Assembly (NCBI GenBank): GCA_051652765.1
Contig: JBOFUV010000011.1
Span: 1-26,546 of the forward strand
Source of the DNA: Microcoleaceae cyanobacterium
Lineage (GTDB): Bacteria; Cyanobacteriota; Cyanobacteriia; Cyanobacteriales; Microcoleaceae
Reading direction: 5' to 3'
DNA: 26,546 nucleotides
Position numbers and translations under genes: made by a program. This document shows positions 20,348 to 26,546 of the stretch, in pieces. The notes under the pieces were generated by a model. The model made no database searches. It was not told where the DNA came from and saw only the letters and a list, made by a program, of their open reading frames with translations. Each line of letters opens with the position of its first letter. Positions within the stretch are counted from its first letter, which is position 1.

Positions 20348-20421
20348 GGGCTTGTAGCTCAGTGGACTAGAGCACGTGGCTACGGACCACGGTGTCGGGG
20401 GTTCGAATCCCTCCTAGCCCG
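20348..20421 (+). tRNA. trnR: tRNA-Arg (anticodon ACG)
   Basis: GGGCTTG acceptor, TAGCTCAGTGG D-arm, CGTGG-CTACGGA-CCACG anticodon arm and GGTTCGAATCC T-arm. CCA is not encoded. Confidence 0.97.
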
Positions 20422-20439
20422 TTTTACAAATGAATGGCT

Positions 20440-21732
20440 TTAGCTGTCTAGACGATATATGTCGTCAGCTTGACCGAGTGCGAACTTGAATGAGAGTCTA
20501 ACCGTCTTGCTCGACTGCAGCACAAACACAGCAATGGCTAGGAATGCAAGTCCTGCATTGATTATGTACATGTTGCGGTAGCCCATCTGTTCAGCCACTA
20601 AGGCAAATATGGGGCCAGCCAGAGCAATTCCCAAGTCAAACCCACCAATACAGAGTGAGAAAAACTTACCGCGCTCATGGGGAGGACAGCGGTCTGCAAT
20701 TAGGGCCAACATAGTGGGGACAACAATTCCAGCTCCTGTTCCTTCTAGTACAGCCGCAAAGAGCAAATCTGCTTTATCCTGAGCTATTCCGAGGACGAAC
20801 ATTGCTATGAGGTAACAGATTAAACCCAGGGTAATGAACAACCCTCGGCCATGGCGATCTGAAGCTCGACCCACAAAAAATCGTGAACTAAAACTAGCGA
20901 TCGCCGCCGCCGAGTAGAACAATCCAGCATTCAAGTTCAGTCCTGACTCTTGAATATACAGCGGCAGAAACGTGACGATTGTCCCAAAAATCAGGCCGAT
21001 GCTGAACATGACAAAGGTTGGGGCTCGGAGGGGTAGACTCCAGAGCAGTTGCAAATACTCTTTGCTAATTTGTTGGAGGTTTAGGCGAAAGGTTGAGGGT
21101 TGAGTGGAAGGTTGATCCAGAATCTTGACGTTTTGCGGAGGTTCCCAAACTTGTGAAACCCCTAGAAATGCCAAGAGTCCGAAGGCAGCACTCGTGAGAA
21201 ACAGGGGGGGATACCCTGCTGCTTCTTGAATAAATCCGCCAATTGCTGGGCCGACAGCCATACCAATTGGCACGACTAAACCCATGTATCCAATGATTTC
21301 TCCCCGCCGATGGACGGGGGCCAAGTCTGCTACCAATGCACTAAACCCAATTGTGAAAGCAGCAACACTAATTCCGTGAAACGCGCGAACCGCAAACAGA
21401 GGGGGAATAGAGTGGACAAACAAGTAACCAATCGGAGCGATCGCTGCCACAAGTGTGCCAATTATCAGCACGAGTTTGCGGCCTTTGATATCTGCGAGAG
21501 GCCCTAATCCAAGGCGGGAGGGCAAAAGACCGATGGCAAATGCCCCCATGACCCAGCCAATCTGTTGTTTGGTGCCTCCAATTGCCTGGATGTAAAGGGG
21601 CAAGGTTGGGAGTAACGTCGTGATACTTGACCAGAAACATAATCCGATCAGAAACAAGATCGGTAGACTAAATCGTTGTTGAAATTGTTGGCTCAATTGT
21701 TGTTTAGAAGCTGTGTCAGGAGAGTCTATCAA
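20440..21732 (-). CDS. MFS transporter
   Basis: About 12 hydrophobic segments, with MFS motif A in both halves (GPLADIKGRK and GRASDRHGR). Confidence 0.93.
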   Translation of the reverse strand: MIDSPDTASKQQLSQQFQQRFSLPILFLIGLCFWSSITTLLPTLPLYIQAIGGTKQQIGWVMGAFAIGLLPSRLGLGPLADIKGRKLVLIIGTLVAAIAPIGYLFVHSIPPLFAVRAFHGISVAAFTIGFSALVADLAPVHRRGEIIGYMGLVVPIGMAVGPAIGGFIQEAAGYPPLFLTSAAFGLLAFLGVSQVWEPPQNVKILDQPSTQPSTFRLNLQQISKEYLQLLWSLPLRAPTFVMFSIGLIFGTIVTFLPLYIQESGLNLNAGLFYSAAAIASFSSRFFVGRASDRHGRGLFITLGLICYLIAMFVLGIAQDKADLLFAAVLEGTGAGIVVPTMLALIADRCPPHERGKFFSLCIGGFDLGIALAGPIFALVAEQMGYRNMYIINAGLAFLAIAVFVLQSSKTVRLSFKFALGQADDIYRLDS

Positions 21733-21892
21733 AATCTAAAGTCCTTTGAAGCAGATGCAACTATCGCACTACTAGTCTGCCACAGTAATTTCGATGGATT
21801 GGAACAAGGTACTGCGCTCCTGCCTAAGGATTTGGCATTTAACATCTTGTCAAATGCATTTGTTAAGTCAGTAGGCATGATTCAGTAGAAGA

Positions 21893-21941
21893 CCCCCTGT
21901 AGTCTCCCTTGGTCAGGGGGATGGCGATCGCCGGGGGTTAG
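21893..21941. repeat. GC-rich REP-like hairpin (CCCCCTG...CAGGGGG) with adjacent HIP1
   Basis: 7-bp inverted repeat at 21893-21899 and 21914-21920, downstream of the sugar-binding protein gene. Confidence 0.5.
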
Positions 21942-22003
21942 GCAAAGGCTTGATATTCAAATTGATTGATTCCACCTACTGAGTCGATTTATTAGTGAAT
22001 TGA

Positions 22004-23410
22004 TTAAAAGTCAGAAACTCTTAGTTGCTGTTCTGAAGTGGGCTGTCCGGCTGCAGGCCAGCTCTGGTCAATACCCGTGAGGATTGTCTTGAGGTCTCCC
22101 CCTTCAACATAGTCTACTACTCCAAACCAGAAGCTTCCAGTTCCTACCGTTCCGGGCATCATATCTGAAGCATCAAACCGAACGATATCCGCATTCCGCA
22201 AAAGTTCAGCTTGCGTTCTGCTCACCGGATCGGGGTAAGTAGTCAGCTTGACCTGTTTATGCGGGGAGAGATAGCCTCCCAGTCTTGCCCAAGTTTCATG
22301 GGGGGTAACAGTAGTCATGTACTGGATTAACTTACGGGCAGCAGGAGTATCATTGAACATTGCAATGAAGTCACCTCCGACTAACAGCGGTGTCCCAAAC
22401 TCTGGCTGAATTGGGGGCAGAGGGAAAAGATCAATATCCTGACCCAAGATTACTCCCTTAGGAAAAAAGTTAGTAATAAAACTAGCCTGACGATGGAGAT
22501 AACAACTGGGTGGGTCAGAAAACAGTCCGTTTGGAGAGTCGCTAAAGGAGGTATTGATCACACCAATGGTTCCCCCGACTACGAATTTAGGATCGAGGAC
22601 AATCCGACCAAATTGTTCAAAGGCTTGTTGAATTGGAGGACTTGTGAAAGGAATCTCTCCCTTAACCCACTGATCGTAAACTTCTGGGCCAGAGGTACGC
22701 AGGAGAATATCTTCAATCCAGTCTGTGCCCACCCATCCGGTCGCATCTCCACTTTCAATCCCTAAACACCAGGGAACACGACCATCGGTCACAATTCGTT
22801 CTGAGAGAGCTTCCAGTTCTTCCCAAGTTTTTGGAACTTGATACCCTGCGGTCTGAAATGCTTTCGGGCTATACCAAACTAAGCTCTTCACTGAAACGCG
22901 ATACCAAATTCCATAGACTTCCCCGTTCACACTCCCCAATTTGATCCATTCCGGATCATAAGCTTGAGTGAGTTGAGAGCTATCAATAAAGCGATCGAGT
23001 GGAACCAATAACCCTCTACGGGCAAATTCGGCAATCAGTCCGGGTTGGGGAAAAATCACAATATCTGGCTTATGACCTTCCTCTACCCTCACGGGCAATA
23101 GGGTCGTAAACGCTTCTGTTCCTTGATAGATGACTTCAATTCCGGTGGATTCAACAAACGGAGTCAACGCTGCTTCTAGCTTCTGCTGTTGTTCTCCTGT
23201 AATTGCCCCTAAAATTGTGACCGTATTCCCTTCAGAGGGGGTTTGAGTACCCTGGCTTTCCTTGGGTTTATCTCGCTCATGGCTACAGGCCCCAAGCAAC
23301 ATCAAGCCCGTAAGTAGACCCAAGTAAAGGATTGGACTACGGATTTGAAAAGGGACATGCCAAAACTGTTCGGCATTACCTAGAACTGATCTAATCTTAG
23401 GAAACGACAT
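22004..23410 (-). CDS. Carbohydrate ABC transporter substrate-binding lipoprotein (GgtB/AglE alpha-glucoside-binding-like)
   Basis: Lipobox LLGAC. PQPG, KSLVWY, PWCLGIESGDATGWVGTDWIED, LHRQASF and RFDASDMMP motifs. Confidence 0.9.
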   Translation of the reverse strand: MSFPKIRSVLGNAEQFWHVPFQIRSPILYLGLLTGLMLLGACSHERDKPKESQGTQTPSEGNTVTILGAITGEQQQKLEAALTPFVESTGIEVIYQGTEAFTTLLPVRVEEGHKPDIVIFPQPGLIAEFARRGLLVPLDRFIDSSQLTQAYDPEWIKLGSVNGEVYGIWYRVSVKSLVWYSPKAFQTAGYQVPKTWEELEALSERIVTDGRVPWCLGIESGDATGWVGTDWIEDILLRTSGPEVYDQWVKGEIPFTSPPIQQAFEQFGRIVLDPKFVVGGTIGVINTSFSDSPNGLFSDPPSCYLHRQASFITNFFPKGVILGQDIDLFPLPPIQPEFGTPLLVGGDFIAMFNDTPAARKLIQYMTTVTPHETWARLGGYLSPHKQVKLTTYPDPVSRTQAELLRNADIVRFDASDMMPGTVGTGSFWFGVVDYVEGGDLKTILTGIDQSWPAAGQPTSEQQLRVSDF

Positions 23411-23432
23411 CTAGACCTGAATCTGAATTTTA

Positions 23433-23512
23433 AAGACTTAAACCTGAAGATTTAAACCTGAAGACTTAAACCTGAAGACTTAAACCTGAAGACTTAAACT
23501 TGAAGATTTAAA
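23433..23512. repeat. Tandem repeat, ~5.7 x 14 bp AAGACTTAAACCTG
   Basis: Read directly. It begins 22 bp upstream of the sugar-binding protein start codon. Confidence 0.95.
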
Positions 23513-23555
23513 TTCTCTCCTGACTAGACTTTAGCCATTCAGCCGTTAAACAGCA

Positions 23556-23614
23556 ACAAAAAACACCGCATCTCGTTCGAGAGCGGTGCATAGGGGGTGT
23601 TATGGGTGTTACAT
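23556..23614 (-). ncRNA. Putative small RNA, copy 1 (~58 nt)
   Basis: Extended -10 TGCTATTCT at 23628-23620, C-rich 5' part UAACACCCAUAACACCCCC, then hairpin CACCGC-UCUC-GAAC-GAGA-U-GCGGUG plus U6. Confidence 0.6.
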
Positions 23615-23674
23615 ATGCAAGAATAGCAGAAATTGACCCACTGACAAGCGATAGTGTGTGCAACTTGTGAAAGT

Positions 23675-23690
23675 GTCACAAAATTGTCAC
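23675..23690. promoter_or_regulatory. 11-bp-period direct repeat GTCACA-N5-GTCAC (OmpR/PhoB-type site), copy 1
   Basis: GTCACAAAATTGTCAC, with the same motif upstream of copy 2. Confidence 0.5.
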
Positions 23691-23715
23691 GAATACAGCC
23701 AACCGTTAAACAGCA

Positions 23716-23774
23716 ACAAAAAACACCGCATCTCGTTTGAGAGCGGTGCATAGGGGGTGTTATGGGTGTTATGT
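23716..23774 (-). ncRNA. Putative small RNA, copy 2 (~58 nt)
   Basis: 69-bp core identical to copy 1 except one hairpin-loop base. It has its own extended -10, TGCTATCGT, at 23788-23780. Confidence 0.6.
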
Positions 23775-23823
23775 TTACAACGATAGCAGAGGGTAAAGCC
23801 AGTTCTGATCTCCCCATGTGATA

Positions 23824-23840
23824 GTCACAAAACTGTCACA
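23824..23840. promoter_or_regulatory. 11-bp-period direct repeat GTCACA-N5-GTCACA, copy 2
   Basis: GTCACAAAACTGTCACA. Confidence 0.5.
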
Positions 23841-23932
23841 AATTCCAGCGAATCGATTCTTTTTCACAAGATGCCGGAAAGGATTCATTTGATGCCAGAA
23901 TAAGTTACAACCGCTTGAGAGAAGAAATAACC

Positions 23933-24820
23933 ATGACGTTCAGCTTGTTTGATCTCTTCTGGGTTTTTCTGCTGATCACCTCAATTCAACCCATTCTGCA
24001 GAAACGGACTGTTGAGACCCGTCGAGTGAAGGCGATTCAGGAGTTTGAGCAGCAACGCCAAAGTCGGGTGATTCTTTTGATCCATCGGCAAGAATCTATC
24101 AACTTGTTTGGGATTCCGTTGTCTCGTTATATTAGTATCGAAGATTCTGAACAGGTGCTTCGGGCCATTCGTCTCACACCGCCCGATGTTCCGATTGATT
24201 TAATTCTTCACACTCCCGGAGGGCTAGTTCTGGCAACGGAACAGATTGCCCGTGCTTTAATTCGGCATCAAGCCAAAGTCACTGTGTTTGTGCCTCACTA
24301 TGCCATGAGTGGCGGGACAATGCTGGCTCTGGCAGCAGACGAGATTGTGATGGATGAAAATGCGGTTCTGGGGCCTGTTGATCCCCAACTTGGGAATTTT
24401 CCAGCCGCCAGTATTCTCAAGGTGATCGAAGACAAGCCAATTGGAGAAATTGATGACCAGACCTTGATTATGGCGGATATCTCTCGTAAAGCGATTAGCC
24501 AAGTGCAAAAATTCGTCAGAACCCTGTTACAAGATAGTATTCCTGAACAAAAAATTTCCAGCGACAAGGTGGATGGGGTGATTGAAGCGTTGACGACGGG
24601 TCGCATTACTCATGATTGTCCAATTACGGTGGAAGAAGCAGCACTGTTGGGACTACCTGCGATTCCGGGTTTGCCCAAGGCGATCTATTACTTAATGGAT
24701 TTGTATCCTCAGTCCATGGGAGGCCGACCAACGGTTCAGTATATTCCGATGCCTTACAATCGACCTCTTCCTGTATCCGAGGGACAGGGCAAGACGGAGA
24801 GTTTTGCCTCAAAGCGTTAG
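23933..24820 (+). CDS. SDH_sah (DUF114) family ClpP-fold serine protease
   Basis: N-terminal TM. IHRQE, LILHTPGG, VPHYAMSGGT, LGPVDPQ and THDCPI motifs. The ATG at 23933 is preferred over the TTG at 23915. Confidence 0.9.
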   Translation: MTFSLFDLFWVFLLITSIQPILQKRTVETRRVKAIQEFEQQRQSRVILLIHRQESINLFGIPLSRYISIEDSEQVLRAIRLTPPDVPIDLILHTPGGLVLATEQIARALIRHQAKVTVFVPHYAMSGGTMLALAADEIVMDENAVLGPVDPQLGNFPAASILKVIEDKPIGEIDDQTLIMADISRKAISQVQKFVRTLLQDSIPEQKISSDKVDGVIEALTTGRITHDCPITVEEAALLGLPAIPGLPKAIYYLMDLYPQSMGGRPTVQYIPMPYNRPLPVSEGQGKTESFASKR

Positions 24821-24865
24821 GCTGAATGCTGTTTGAACTAAACCTATTATTTTGGAGCGAAGTGA

Positions 24866-26546
24866 ATGTTTGACAATGGGCCTCTGACCTATCCCCTCAC
24901 ACGACAAGAAGAACAGGCCGATGACTACTACGGCACTCGTGTTTTAGACTCCTATCGTTGGCTGGAGGCTAGTAACGCTGAGGAGACCCAGGCTTGGATT
25001 GCAGCTCAGAACCAAGTCACGTTTGCTTATCTTCAGGACATTCCAATTCGGGAACCCCTAAAGCAACGCCTAACCCAACTTTGGGATTTTGAAAAGTACA
25101 GTATTCCGTTCAAGCAGGGCGACCGACTGCAAAACGCTGCGACCCAACGGTATTTTTACTTTAAGAACAATGGTTTACAAAATCAGAGTGTTCTCTATGT
25201 TTTAGAAACCCTAGAAGCTGAACCCGAAGTATTACTTGATCCCAATACTTTGTCTGAAGATGGCACCGTTGCCTTGTCAGGAATTTCTATTAGTGAAGAT
25301 GGAAATCTTTTGGCCTATGGGTTGTCTAGTTCGGGTTCCGATTGGCAAGACTGGAAGGTTCGGGATATCAGTACCAAAACCGACTTGGATGATCACTTAA
25401 AGTGGATTAAATTCTCGGGTGCTTCCTGGACTCATGACCACAACGGTTTTTTTTATAGTCGCTATGATGAACCTCAAGAACAAACTCAATTTGAGGACGC
25501 AAACTACTATCAAAAATTGTTTTATCATCAGTTGGGAACGCCTCAGTCAGAAGACTCATTGATCTACGAACGCCCCGATCAAAAAGAGTGGGGGTTTAGT
25601 GGGGGAATTACGGAAGATGGTGAAATGTTAATCATCTCCGTTTGGCGGGGGACAGATCCTAAAAACTTGATTTTTTACAAAGACTTAACCCAGCCAAATT
25701 CCCCTGTCATTGAGTTAATTCAGGAGTTTGAAGCCCAATATAGTTTTATTGATCGGGAGGGGCCTTGGTTCTGGTTTCAAACGGATTTAAATGCTCCTAA
25801 GGGTAAAGTCATTCGCATCAATATTGAAACAGGAGAACGCACAGAAATCATTCCTGAAGCTGAAGAAACCCTAGAAGGAATTGACGTTCTCAACCACCAG
25901 TTTGTTGCTTCCTATTTGAAAGATGCTCGCACCCAGATCAAACTTTTTACCCTTGAAGGTCACTTTGTCCGGGAGGTAGAATTGCCTGGAATTGGATCGG
26001 CGGGGGGGTTCGGTGGCAAACGCACTGACACTGAGACATTTTATGCTTACACCAGTTTTACAACACCAACCACCATCTATCGCTACAACATGGTGACGGG
26101 GGAAAGCTCGCTTTATCGTCAACCTTGTGTTGATTTTATACCCACTGAATACGAAACCCAACAGGTCTTTTACTCTAGCAAAGATGGCACTCGAGTGCCC
26201 ATGTTTATTACTTACAAAAAAGGTCTAGATCTAGATGGAAATAACCCCACGATTCTGTATGGATACGGCGGGTTCGGCATATCTTTGACCCCTAGTTTTT
26301 CCATTGGTCGAATTGTTTGGTTGGAGATGGGGGGAGTGTATGCGATTCCCAACCTGCGCGGAGGAGGTGAGTATGGAGAGGATTGGCATCAAGCGGGAAC
26401 AAAACTGCAGAAACAAAATGTGTTTGATGATTTTATCGCAGCCGCAGAATGGTTAATTGAGCAGCGCTACACATCCCCTCAGAAATTGGCAATTTCAGGG
26501 GGAAGTAATGGCGGATTGCTGGTTGGAGCTTGTATGACTCAACGGC
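24866..26546 (+). CDS. Prolyl oligopeptidase (S9A), 3'-truncated by the window end
   Basis: Manual translation: MFDNGPLTYP...DSYRWLE...LLDPN...GSDW...LYGYGGF...NLRGGGEYG...GGSNGGLLVGA. The same frame holds to the window end. GGAG SD at 24854. Absent from the ORF track because the stop codon is outside the window. Confidence 0.95.
   Translation, partial: MFDNGPLTYPLTRQEEQADDYYGTRVLDSYRWLEASNAEETQAWIAAQNQVTFAYLQDIPIREPLKQRLTQLWDFEKYSIPFKQGDRLQNAATQRYFYFKNNGLQNQSVLYVLETLEAEPEVLLDPNTLSEDGTVALSGISISEDGNLLAYGLSSSGSDWQDWKVRDISTKTDLDDHLKWIKFSGASWTHDHNGFFYSRYDEPQEQTQFEDANYYQKLFYHQLGTPQSEDSLIYERPDQKEWGFSGGITEDGEMLIISVWRGTDPKNLIFYKDLTQPNSPVIELIQEFEAQYSFIDREGPWFWFQTDLNAPKGKVIRINIETGERTEIIPEAEETLEGIDVLNHQFVASYLKDARTQIKLFTLEGHFVREVELPGIGSAGGFGGKRTDTETFYAYTSFTTPTTIYRYNMVTGESSLYRQPCVDFIPTEYETQQVFYSSKDGTRVPMFITYKKGLDLDGNNPTILYGYGGFGISLTPSFSIGRIVWLEMGGVYAIPNLRGGGEYGEDWHQAGTKLQKQNVFDDFIAAAEWLIEQRYTSPQKLAISGGSNGGLLVGACMTQR

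Noticed and set aside
20348..20421. U-U mismatch in the tRNA acceptor stem as a pseudogene sign, and the tRNA as an integration site
   Set aside because: Acceptor mismatches are usual in cyanobacterial and plastid tRNA-Arg(ACG). No integrase or duplicated 3' end was seen.
23666..23680. CRP site TGTGA...TCACA (also 23817-23829)
   Set aside because: Spacers are 5 and 3 nt, not 6. The direct repeat is the conserved feature.
23543..23771. CRISPR array interpretation of the two direct repeats
   Set aside because: The repeat (69 bp) and spacer (91 bp) are too long, there are only two copies, and no cas genes are present.
23539..23817. 92-aa minus-strand ORF across the duplication
   Set aside because: It runs through terminator hairpins and promoter motifs and has no protein-like features.
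25871..26416. Two minus-strand ORFs near the window end
   Set aside because: Antisense to the prolyl oligopeptidase reading frame.

Overview
Cyanobacterial chromosomal segment: about 20 HIP1 GCGATCGC octamers counted by eye, plus chlD, hemF and a cyanobacterial-type tRNA-Arg(ACG). It is mostly housekeeping and envelope genes. In order: CHAT-TPR protein, SRPBCC protein, trypsin-TPR protease, atypical Crp/Fnr regulator, MscS channel, secreted hypothetical, chlD-hemF-STAS, TPR-sulfotransferase, YcjF/DUF697 GTPase, DUF3181/2TM/moaC, tRNA-Arg, MFS transporter, orphan sugar-binding lipoprotein, SDH/ClpP-like protease and a prolyl oligopeptidase that is cut by the window end and missing from the ORF track. 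The most interesting unexplained structure is a 160-bp-period tandem duplication at about 23543-23845. Each copy looks like a complete minus-strand small-RNA gene: a PhoB/OmpR-type direct-repeat site, an extended -10, a C-rich 5' segment and an intrinsic terminator. Also notable are attC-like remnants next to the SRPBCC gene, REP/MITE-like dispersed repeats, and many short tandem repeats with 11-15 bp units, some expanded in frame inside proteins.
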